DNA of 64,000 nucleotides. Origin: an uncultured Verrucomicrobiae bacterium. Its GTDB lineage: Bacteria > Verrucomicrobiota > Verrucomicrobiia > Palsa-1439. The position numbers and the translations under genes are program-made. A model generated the notes under the pieces. The model did not search any database. It was not told the origin of the DNA and saw only the letters and a program-made list of their open reading frames with translations. Where the stretch lies: positions 1-64,000 of the forward strand of contig CAWEWF010000014.1 in assembly GCA_963812605.1 (NCBI GenBank). Direction: 5' to 3'. Every line of letters begins with the position of its first letter. The first letter of the stretch is position 1. This document shows positions 44,601 to 54,374 of the stretch, piece by piece.

Positions 44601-47485
44601 TGCGTGCTGTTCGTGTTCAGGTCGTTGTGCAACCACACGAGCGCGGTGGCGGGATTGAAATTGGTAATGGCAAATTGTGTAAGGCCGTAGAGCTTGGCTG
44701 TGTCCGCGTCCGAAATCGGCGTGCCGACATTGCCATTGTACATGGCGATCTTGTACGTGACCGTGCCCGAGCCCTGGGCGGGAATTATCCCGTACCACCA
44801 ATCATAAGTGCCGTCGGCGCCGCTGCTCGTATGGCTAAATTGCAAGGGTATGATCTGCGTGGTCGTGCCATGCTTGGCAACGCCGAACGATCCCTCGGGC
44901 GCGGTGCCGTCGGTTGTGTAGTAAATGTTGCCCGTGGTGGTGTTGAATTGGTAACCGACCTTTACCCAATTGGTCACCGCCTGTCCGCCGGCAATGGGTG
45001 AACGCATGGCGAGGCCCTGATCCGTCGTATCGAGCGGATTGTGGTACACCCATGCGGCCGTTGAAGTGTTGACATTGACACCGCTGCCAAACGTGACCGT
45101 CGCGGAGCCGCCGATGGTGTAGGTGTATGTCTCCGCGCCCAGCGAAACCACGACGTTGCGGGAGATATTTGTAGCGGCAAATTTTTCGGGACCGTAGCGG
45201 AACTGGAACATGGCCTGTTCGTAGCCGAGGTACAGGTCATTGGTGTAACCGGGACGGTTGTCGCGCAGGTCCAGCATCGTACCCGTGAATTGGTTTAGCG
45301 GCCCGAAACCCATCTGGCTGTTGAGGTCGACGCCGCCATCGAGCTTGACCAACATGTTTTGCGTCGAGGCGTCGGCGCGCAACACCAGGTTTATCGGGCC
45401 GGAATTCGTGATGATCGGCACGTCAATCGCATAGGTGAGGTTGGAAACATTCGTGCCGCCGATGATGTTACCGGTTTGATCGATGCTGCCCCGCATTTGA
45501 AAGGGGTAGGACGGATTCCATCCGGTGTCACCATCGGGTCCGTCGGTGCGTAGCGTGGTCATCCGTGGCGCGTCCTGGCCGCCCTGCTGAATGGTGATCG
45601 CGTCCTTGAGTCCGGCCCGACTGGCCTGGGGACCTTGATACGCGTAAATAACGTACCCACCGCTGGGGACGACCAATTCAACCGCACCGCCATTGGCTGG
45701 AATGCTTTGCGAGCCTACATAGACAGTGGCGCCGTTGCTGGCCACGGCCACGCTCCGGCTATTGGTCGCCGGCCGAACGGTGATCTGACTGAAGGCGCGA
45801 TTGGCGCCAGGCCCGGAAGCCGCCAACTGGTAAAGCACCGAGCCGACCGGGAAATCCACCGCCAATCCCTGGGCATCACCGTTTGCGCCGGGGGGAATTG
45901 GGTCGCTGCCCGGCCAGGAGTCATTGATACCGTCCAAAAACGCTATGTCACCGGGAAAGTTAAGGTCGTCATTCATTACGAACAGCGACACCACCTGCGA
46001 AGACTGGCTGCTGCCCTCGCGGTAATCGTAGCGCTCAAACGCAACGGTATACTGATCGCTCCACCGCGGGATGGTGCCGCCGCGCGCTTCCTGGTTGTGG
46101 AGGTAGGCGACCTCGGGCATTTTATTGTCACCGAATTCGCCCAGGAATGGCGCATACGCAATCGCCGGAAATGCCCCGCCGCATTGCGCGCAATTCGCCG
46201 ATTCATAGTAGCCATCGCTGTAGAGCGAGGGCAGGCCCTCACGCATGAAAAAGTAGGCCATGAGCACCGCGCGTTGCGCCGTGAAGACGACACCCGGGTC
46301 ATGTGTGCCCACAAACATCTCGCGGTCAAAGGAGCTGAATCCCCCGGCGTCGCGCCCATCGTAGCCGGACAAGCTGTTGCCGTTCGGGTTGCCCAAAATG
46401 TTGTTGATGTTGTTGTGCAGGTTGATGTCTTCCAATCGCATGCCGCGATTGTAGTAATCATCAAAACTCGGCGGCTCCCCGAGGTGTTCGCCAAAGATGA
46501 TCGCGTCATTGCGCACCGCTTCGGTGTCGTACGCGCTGTTGCGATTGTCGTCCGGCTCATTGTAGCCGCTGATCGGGTTGTTGTAGCCGTAGCCGTGGAC
46601 GTAATCGAACATGGTCTGGATCGCGCCGTTGTAACCGTTGGGCGTGGAGCTGAGGTAGTCGCCGAAGAAAAAGCTCGGCACATGTTTCACCGCGTCCAGG
46701 CGAAATCCATCGCATTTCGTTTGATCCAGTTCCCACAAGACCGCGCGAATTTCGTAGGATGCGGTGTCTTCCGCCACCGGCACGCCGTTGGTCCCGTTGA
46801 ACGGGTGCCAGACGGTCGGGCCGGATTGCCCCTGGATCGGCGCGAGGGTGAAATCGGGGTAATACTCCGGATGGGTGGGTTGACGCACAAATATCAACTT
46901 TGGATTGGTGCTGCCGTCAATCGAACCGAAGTTTGCATTCGGGCTTTCCTGCGACAGATCGATCAAATCCGAGAAGCCATGGTTCTGGATTTGGAAGACG
47001 TCATTCCAATCGCTGATGTTTGGCCACTTGCGGTAAAAGCCATCGGGCGTGGTCTGCAAGTGGAAGTCCTCGGGCAAGAGGCCGGGATAAATCGTAATCG
47101 GTGTGTTCGCATCATACCCGGGCACACTGTAGCCACGGTGGTTCATGACATTGTCGAGATACACGCGAATGCCAAAACGGTGCGCGACGCGGACCACGTG
47201 GATCAATTCCTCCTTCGTGCCGTAGCGGGTGGGAATCGTGCCATTCTGGTCCTGGTCGCCGAGGTCAAAGGGATCGAAGATGTCATAACCGGCCGAGAAC
47301 TGGCTGGTGGCCTTGGTCGGCGGGGGCAGCCACAAGGCCGTGTATCCCGCCTCCGCAATTTCTGGCATCTTGTCTGCAATCTGGTTCCAGGTGAGATTAT
47401 ACAATTGAAGCATCGCCTCGGCGTGAACCGGCGCTGAAGACGCCACGCAGAGGAAAAGGATCGCGAGTAAGGTTCGGAGCTTCAT
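38614..47485 (-). CDS. Giant (~2950 aa) secreted GH13 alpha-amylase + GH57-like bifunctional protein with Ca-binding repeats and C-terminal domain (frameshifts ~41670, ~40180, ~39712)
   Basis: GH13: WLPPP, GYDIFD, RYGT, DNVMNH, DGFRLDAVKH, FGEH, GTHD. GH57-like: LLHGNQ, NLHLSG, YLAER, ADNWE. DxDxDG repeats; ends KYYKVKVVP. Four ORF pieces join seamlessly. Confidence 0.8.
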
Positions 47486-47665
47486 CCAGAAATTCCGTCA
47501 GGGGGCCGAAAGGTCGCTCGCGCTGCCCAATTCCTGTTGTTCATTTGCGGAGGTCCCGAAATCATCGCGGCGCGGCGTGAACGAAAACGAACCAGCCGCC
47601 TCAGGTCTGAGGTAAGCTTGCCACGTGCCTCGGAAACCCGTCGTGGGGCGATAAGGTCGCATCTG

Positions 47666-47777
47666 CTAAATCGCTTTACACCCGGCGCAAACCACCAGCG
47701 AACATTGACCGCAGTTTTTGGAAACGTCACCCTGTTGAAACACCGCTATAAGTAGCAAGTTTTGCCAACGATTTCAA
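47666..47777 (-). promoter_or_regulatory. Candidate promoter and two LacI operators upstream of the giant amylase
   Basis: Minus strand TTGAAA-N17-TACTTA (47777-47749); operator-like CTAAATCGCTTTAC (47666-47679) and TGCCAACGATTTCA (47763-47776). Confidence 0.5.
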
Positions 47778-47830
47778 GTTAAAACTGGCCTGGAACTGCG
47801 CTTGTCCGTGCTGGCCGAAAGGCCCTGTTT

Positions 47831-50800
47831 TCAGGGCAAAAGACGTACGCGATAATATCGTTGGGACACATTGGTTGCCGACGCATCCGGGTAGGACAGC
47901 CAGATCTGTCCTGCAGCGGCGGTCACCTGCGCATTGGGCAAATTCGTCCACCCTCCGCCAAACGAATCACACGCCATCACTTGATACGTCTTCCCGGGTA
48001 CGGAGGCCCAGGTGATGACGAATCCGCCAACGTCGGATGGCTGAACGGCTTGAATGACAAAGCCCTTGCTGGGATCGAGCCGGTCGTACACCCCGTCCCC
48101 GTCGTTGTCGATGAGCGCGGGAATCGAGAGGAAAAGGAATTCGTTGCTTTCGATATTGCCATTGGGGGTGACGGCCGGGGGCCCCTGCGCGACCAGCGCG
48201 CCGCCGTTGGTCGTCGAATACGCCGCGGCGCAAACGTAGATGTTGGATGGCATGGAGCCGAACGCTTGCACGAGATTGATCGTGCCTTCCATCAAGCCCG
48301 CATTGGTCGCCGCCTTGAAAGCCTGGTTCGACGCCGTCGTCTGCTGCCAGCCGACGTACGTATTGATGCTCTCGCCGCCGAGAAAGGGTTTTGTCGAGAG
48401 CACTGCATTTTGACCGACCTTGTTCCAAGTGGGGAAGGCGGGTTGCATTGTCGGCGAGAGCTGGTCGGTCACGATGATGAAGTGATCGTTGACGCCATTG
48501 TTGTTGCTGCCCGGTGACCAGGTGGCGACGTAGAGCATGGGCCCGCGCACGGCCGCATAGAGGATCATCGGCGACCCGGGCGGAGTTTGCAGATAATTGG
48601 TCGAATCCGCGACCCCATCCATGATGAATGGCGGATAACTGCCGGCCGGTGGCAGAGTCTGCGTCGTGCCGCAACCGGGCGCCGATTGCGCCGACGCGCC
48701 GATGCCATTGGTTGCGGAGATCGTGTAGCAGTATTGTGTCCGGCTTGTAACCCGCCATCCGTATAGCCCGCTCCGTTTGCCGTCCCGATGGGCACGCCGC
48801 CACGGTAAACGATGTACCCCGTCGCGCCACTCGACCCGGCCCACGTCACGTTGATTTGGTTGGTTGCGACGCCGCTAGCGGAGACATTGGTGGGGGGCGA
48901 TGGCGCGGCGGGCGGAGCGCCCGCATTGGGCGCGACGTACACGTGCTGGATAGGGGAGTTGTAAGTGTTGCCCCGGCTATCCGTTGCGCTCACGTAATAG
49001 TCGACGTATGTGTCCGAAAGACCTGTGATCTTCGCGTAGTAATAATCGGCCAGGTACTTCGGCGGCAGCAGCGTGTTTTGCGCCGCCACGGAGCGTTGTG
49101 TCATCGGTTGGAGAACCCACGGAGCGGTGTCCGCGCCGCCCGCGTAGGTCTTGAATTCATCCTGGGTGGGTGGCCGATTATTGCCGTTGGCGCGATAGAG
49201 CAGCGTTACGTTGGTGATGCCCGAGACGTCATACGCGTAGGTCCAGACCCAAAAATCGGTATTACTGGGAACGTAAACACTGGAGGAGTATTCGACGCCA
49301 AAATTTGTGGTCCCAGGATTCCACGGGTTGCGTTGCGGAAGGAAAACCGTGGGTGGGGTTGCGTCCAGGCTTTCGTTGCCCAAGAGGATGGGATCGACAT
49401 TGCGCACGGCATTGGACTGTGCGATCACCGGCCGCCAGCACTCGTCCGCCGTGCAGCCGAAGTACACAAAACCGCTGTCGAGGCCACCCAAATAATAATG
49501 CCAGCCGAGTTCGACCGCGTTTGCCGTCTGGCTGAAGCTGCCCGGGTCGCGAATCTGGTCAATGCGATTGGTGTACAGGCCACCGGAGAGGGAGTTGGTG
49601 ATTTGCTGTGCGGTCTTGACACGATTCTCGGTGGCGATGTACGTGCGCCAGACGTCGCCCTTGTCGGTGACGCCGCGGCTCGGGTCAACAACGTTATGCG
49701 GGGTGGTATTGGTGGAATAGCTTGGCGGCCAATTCCAGCCCACGAAGGTCGGGGATCCGAAATCGTTGGCGCCCTGGTTATAGACCCAGCCGCCATCTTC
49801 CACGTGCACGATGTCGCTGGTGCTGGGGGGAAAATCTGACAGGAATTGCTCAATCGTGGTGGGATCGAAACCCTGGCCGGACGCGTCATTGGCAAACTGG
49901 TCCGCCCAACTCGCCCAGTAGGAATTCCCGTCCGCCCAGGCGTTGTCGCCATCATGGGCCAGCAGGAGAATCGAAGGTTTGCTCGGGTCGTTGCGCGAGG
50001 AGATCGGGTTGATCAGGCTGCCCGAACCGGTGTCAGTCCACGTCCCGGCGCTGTCGGCCCAACCCAGGACCTGGTCGGCGGGAACAACGATGAGGGTCGA
50101 TGCGACGCCCGTGGTCGGGTCGACATAGCGCGCGTAATGGGTCTGGAAGGCAAACGGAGCCACCGCCGTCGGCGAACAACCGAGCGATGTGTAGCCGCGT
50201 GTAATGTAATTGCCGGCGCCCTGGGCCGGATTGATCTGGTCGGCTTTATTGGGCAGGTCGCAGGCTTCGCCGGCCTGGCCGAGTCCCGCCAACACGAAGT
50301 CCGAACAGGAACGCGTCAAATGATTGTTCGCCACAACACTCCAGGCGATTCCCAGTTTGTTCAGGGTGGGGATGATGTGTTCGCTGAAGCACGTCTCCGC
50401 CGGGAAATATCCGCGAGAACCCACGCCCCAAAAAATCTGCTGCTGGCGTTGATGAATCAGGATGTCCATCTCCAACGTTTCATCGCTCACCAGCGGGGCG
50501 ATGCAATGATGATACGTGAAGTTGGTCAGGTCCATGCGCGGTTTGCCGCCGGAAGTTGTCCAACCGTGCGCTTGCTGGTTGTAAGTGTACCAGGTCGAGC
50601 CATAGTACTGGCCCGCTTGCGCCAGGCTTTGTACGTTCTCCATCAACGCACCGGAAAAGTTCAGTTGTCCGCCGGCATTGGGGAGACTTAAAATGCCGCC
50701 GATCGCGTCGTGGGGATAATTCTGGTAGTCCTGAATCCGGTTGGCGTCGCCAAACACGCCGGGCAGGCTGGTGTCACTGGGATGAGTAAACCCGTTGTTG

Positions 50801-51018
50801 TCGAGTTGCATTGTGTCCCAGGCATTTTGATAGTGATCGCCGGCATGGTTGGCGGGGGCGCGGTCCGGCCAGTAAATTGGCTGGTGCATATGCCAAAGCC
50901 AACTGGTGTGGAGGTTGGTATTTGCGGAAGTGATCAGGCAGGTGGTTTGCAGGAGAACACCAATCCAAATCAAAGCACGGCCCTTCGAGGTCTTCATCCA
51001 TCCCGACTTGGGGTTCAT
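47831..51018 (-). CDS. Secreted GH119/GH57-like alpha-glucanase with FN3 and C-terminal domain (frameshift ~48745)
   Basis: WHMHQPIYWP, GYFPAETCFSE, LLAHDGDN, VHVEDGGW; FN3 PPTNVSA...TW...Y.VYR; ends QRYYRVRLLP. Confidence 0.8.
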
Positions 51019-51027
51019 TGGTGGTCC

Positions 51028-51080
51028 GTAGAACGTTTTACTTCACAAGGAAGTTAACATTTCGTTGAGCATTATTGCAA
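51028..51080 (-). promoter_or_regulatory. Candidate promoter with downstream LacI operator
   Basis: Minus strand TTGCAA-N18-TAACTT with TGn extension; near-perfect palindrome GTAGAACGTTTTAC (51028-51041) just upstream of the ATG. Confidence 0.6.
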
Positions 51081-51214
51081 GCCGATTGTACTGAAGCGCG
51101 CGAGAAAAGTTGGAGGGCGAGCCTCCCATAAACCTCTAGGGGCACAGGCGTCCCTGCCTGTGTCGACGGATTTTAGCAGGCTCAAGAGGCTTGTCCACGA
51201 TAGCGAGATGAGAT

Positions 51215-52453
51215 CTAACGCTGTGATTGTGCAACAGCGGTCAGCAGCGCCGCCACTTTCTCAGCCGCTGGCGAGGATTCGTGAGCAGCCCTGCCGGTCT
51301 TTGCAGTCCGCCCCTCTGCGATCAATTTGTCGAGGGCATTTGCCAGCGCCTTGGAGTCAGCGCAATCTACAACTTCACCCTCAGCGCCGTAATGATGATG
51401 CGAGACCACCCGGCATTCCGCCGCCAACGCCTCCGCAATGGTCAGCCCGTAGCTCTCGTGCTTTGAAGGCGAGACAAAGATGTCCGCGCGTTGCAGCAGC
51501 GCCGCTTTCTGCGCGCCGGTGACATGGCCGGTGAATTCCACGCGCGCGGTCGCAATCCGCGCCGCGAGCCGTCGCAGCTTCTGTTCATAAGCGCGCCCCT
51601 TCATATAAGCCGGCCCGCCACAGATAAACACGCGCACCTTCTTGTCCGTGGTATTCAGATGGGGAAGGGCAGCCAGTAAACGTTCGATCCCTTTCTCCGG
51701 TGACAGGCGGCTGAGTGTGAGGATGACAATCTCGTCTTCGCCGATACTGTAGCGGCGCTCTATGAGCGCCGCCGGATCCTGTGAATTTGAGGAACGGCGG
51801 TCATAGACCGCCGCTACAGATGCGACCGGCTTCGCGATATTCCCCCACGGCAACACGACAATCTTCTCCGGCGCACACCACGGATAGCACCGCAGGATTA
51901 CCTCCCGCATTGGCGCCGAAGGCACGACAATCCGAGCACTGTGACGCACGCATTGATACTGTTTCTCAAACACCAGCTTCAACACATCCGGCATGACGCC
52001 AAACCAGCGGAACCGCGCCGCCGTTTCCGGCCGGATCAACCCGCGCAAATAAAACCGCGTGAAATACTCGACCACATCCACATGGAAAATCGTCACAACC
52101 CGATACCCGCGCTCGCCCAACGCCGCGAAATCCGGCCCCTCGCTGATGTCGTTGCTGAGGACGACGCACTGCTGCGGATCGCGCTTTAAGATTTCACTCG
52201 TCGCCGCTCGCTCAAATTCCCGGCAGAACCGCGCATATTCCAGTTCCTGCATGTCCGTCAGCCGTTGGTAGGGCAGGCGGCCCGCCTGCCACAGCCCTAC
52301 CGACTTCGGGCTCAACGCCGCAAGCGGAAACGGATTCCGCTCGCGCCACTCACGAATCAAATAGTCCACGACCGCTTTCCCTCCACCTAGTGGCTCCGAG
52401 TCGGGAAAGTCCGCATGCGCGGCAGAGTAGAGAACTTCAAGATTCACGGACAA
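51215..52453 (-). CDS. Glycosyltransferase family 4
   Basis: SRLSPEKG, ADIFVSPSKHESYGLTIAEALA; carries two in-frame palindromic insertions. Confidence 0.85.
   Translation of the reverse strand: MSVNLEVLYSAAHADFPDSEPLGGGKAVVDYLIREWRERNPFPLAALSPKSVGLWQAGRLPYQRLTDMQELEYARFCREFERAATSEILKRDPQQCVVLSNDISEGPDFAALGERGYRVVTIFHVDVVEYFTRFYLRGLIRPETAARFRWFGVMPDVLKLVFEKQYQCVRHSARIVVPSAPMREVILRCYPWCAPEKIVVLPWGNIAKPVASVAAVYDRRSSNSQDPAALIERRYSIGEDEIVILTLSRLSPEKGIERLLAALPHLNTTDKKVRVFICGGPAYMKGRAYEQKLRRLAARIATARVEFTGHVTGAQKAALLQRADIFVSPSKHESYGLTIAEALAAECRVVSHHHYGAEGEVVDCADSKALANALDKLIAEGRTAKTGRAAHESSPAAEKVAALLTAVAQSQR
51747..51819. repeat. REP doublet (REPIN-like) in frame inside the GT4 gene
   Basis: CTGTAG-CGGCGCTC-TAT-GAGCGCCG ... 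CGGCGGTC-ATA-GACCGCCG-CTACAG. Confidence 0.8.
52268..52300. repeat. REP-like palindrome in frame inside the GT4 gene
   Basis: GTAG-GGCAGGCGG-C-CCGCCTGCC-ACA-GCCCTAC. Confidence 0.7.
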
Positions 52454-52464
52454 AGTTGTGCTAC

Positions 52465-52539
52465 GTCATTCCGAGCTTGTCGAGGAATCTCTGCCTTTTT
52501 CTCGGAACGACAGAGACCCTTCGACAAGCTCAGGGTGAC
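52465..52539. repeat. Intergenic imperfect inverted repeat (REP/MITE-like)
   Basis: GTCATTCCGAGCTTGTCGAGGAATCTCTG ... CAGAGACCCTTCGACAAGCTCAGGGTGAC. Confidence 0.7.
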
Positions 52540-52604
52540 ACGGTTGGAGGTTTGACCTTGTTGCAAGCAAGACTGCACGCTACCATACTGTTAGCAGATG
52601 GCGC

Positions 52605-53182
52605 ATGCGCGGGATAAAACACTGCAACATCGTCGATGATCCGGCAGATGCGCTGGTTTATTCCACCAATATTCTGCTGAATTGCACGGGTGGAGTTGGC
52701 GCGTCGTTGCTAGAACGGTATGGGCCAAAGTTTCAGGTCGAACTCCACGAAATTCTCAAAAATCGGGGTTCGCGCTTCGCAGATCAAGGTGAGGTTATCA
52801 ACCACGTTCCTGTGGGTCTTCCCTACAGATATCTGCTGCATACCACGCCGTGTGATGCGATGTACGACACAACACCTGAGATTGCAGAAGATGTGTTGTT
52901 GCGGGCGCTTGCCATCTGCGCCGGAGATCCGGCTGTGCGGCGTGTTGCAGTCAGTGCGCTTGCCACCGGTTTCGGGCATCTGGGATTCGATGCCTTCGTT
53001 TCGATTGCGGCGCGGGTCTTTAACGATCTCCGCTTTACGCCGCTAACCGTATCATCCTCTGTATCGACGACGCATTTACCTTTCAGTGCGCGCAAGAAAT
53101 AATACGGGACAAGGATTTGCCCCTGGGAGTTGAATCAGGAAAAATCATTTCACCGAAGCGTCGGCAAAGTCACACTCCCTGA
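52605..53182 (+). CDS. Macro-domain (ADP-ribose-binding) protein (probable frameshift ~53045)
   Basis: NIVDDPADALVYSTN..L..TGGVG, YLLH, VAVSALATGFG; alternative frame continues RIILCIDD. Confidence 0.7.
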
Positions 53183-53250
53183 GACCACTCGAGATTCGAT
53201 GCAGTGGGTGGTCACCCAAGATACGAGCACACAGGCATGAGTAATCGGTT

Positions 53251-54372
53251 CTACGGCTGTGGGAACTTCTTGTTAAGAAACCGGCCGTTCTTTTGAATGA
53301 GCGCGCCGTCGACGTACAACTCGCCGCCTTTGCGGAGGTCACAGACCATGTCCCAGTGCAGGCCGCTGCGGTTCTTGTTGCCGGTCTCGGTGTAACCCGC
53401 GCCGAGCGCGAGGTGGATCGTGCCGCCGATTTTTTCATCGAACAACGTGTTCTTCGTGTAGCGCGTCACGTTGTAATTCGTCCCGATGGCGCCTTCGCCA
53501 AGGTAACAGGAGCCGCCATCCATGTTGATCATCGCCCGCAGGAAATCCTGCCCTTTTTCCGCCTCGGCTTTCACGACCTTCCCGCGCTCGAAGGTCAGTC
53601 GCGCGCCATGCACTTCGCGTCCGCCATGGACCGCCGGGAAACTGAATTTCACATGGCCTTCGACGCTGTTCTCGACCGGCCCGGTGAAGACCTCGCCGTC
53701 GGGGAAATTGTAATGGCCGTCACAGTTGATCCACTTGCGGCCTTTGCAGGAGTAACGGATGTCGGTGTCTTCCGCGACGATGCGCACTTCGCGCGACTTG
53801 TTGAGGAAATTGGTGAGGGCTTGCTGCTCCTTTGAGATGCGTTTCCAGGCGGCGATGGGATCGCGATCGTCGAGATGGCCCGCGCCGAACACGAATTCCT
53901 CATATTCCGTCAGCGACATCTCGGCGTCCTGCGCGCTGGCATTGCACGGCCATTGCGTGCCGACCCACCGCAACTTGCCGCTCGCGCTGCGGTCCATGAA
54001 AATTTTGTTGATCGGTTTGCGCGCGGAAGAGGCCGCCGCCAGCAGTTTCGGGTCAACATTGGTCAACGCCTTGGTGTTCTCCTCGGCCCAGAAGCTGATG
54101 AGCGCGTCCACCTTGCTGAGCTTGTACTTCGCGAACGGCGACACCCACTTGAGCTGCTCTTTATTCGCCTCTGCGTAGAAGATTTCTGCCAGGCTATCAA
54201 TGCGCACGTCGGTGATCACAAATGCGCCGCAGCGTAACGCCGCGCGGTAGCATTCGCGCAGCAACGGGGCGGTGGACGCATCGCCCTGGATGGCGACGAT
54301 GTCGCCGGGTTTCAGCGCGACGGAGTATTCCGTCAGCAAGCGGGCAAGTTTTTCGTGGCGCGGGTCTTTCAT
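53251..54372 (-). CDS. Peptidase M29 aminopeptidase (AmpS/PepS-like)
   Basis: MKDPRHEKLARLL, NFPDGEVFTGP, LGEGAIG, LFDEKIGGTIHLALG, SGLHWDMV. Confidence 0.92.
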   Translation of the reverse strand: MKDPRHEKLARLLTEYSVALKPGDIVAIQGDASTAPLLRECYRAALRCGAFVITDVRIDSLAEIFYAEANKEQLKWVSPFAKYKLSKVDALISFWAEENTKALTNVDPKLLAAASSARKPINKIFMDRSASGKLRWVGTQWPCNASAQDAEMSLTEYEEFVFGAGHLDDRDPIAAWKRISKEQQALTNFLNKSREVRIVAEDTDIRYSCKGRKWINCDGHYNFPDGEVFTGPVENSVEGHVKFSFPAVHGGREVHGARLTFERGKVVKAEAEKGQDFLRAMINMDGGSCYLGEGAIGTNYNVTRYTKNTLFDEKIGGTIHLALGAGYTETGNKNRSGLHWDMVCDLRKGGELYVDGALIQKNGRFLNKKFPQP

Positions 54373-54374
54373 GA

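Noticed and set aside
45635-47437. Long antisense ORFs (also 35632-37251, 29585-30925, 58173-59756, 9441-10880)
   Set aside because: Each mirrors a well-supported gene on the other strand; explained by GC3 bias.
38614-47485. Programmed ribosomal frameshifting in the giant gene
   Set aside because: No slippery heptamers noticed at the junctions, and similar slips occur window-wide.
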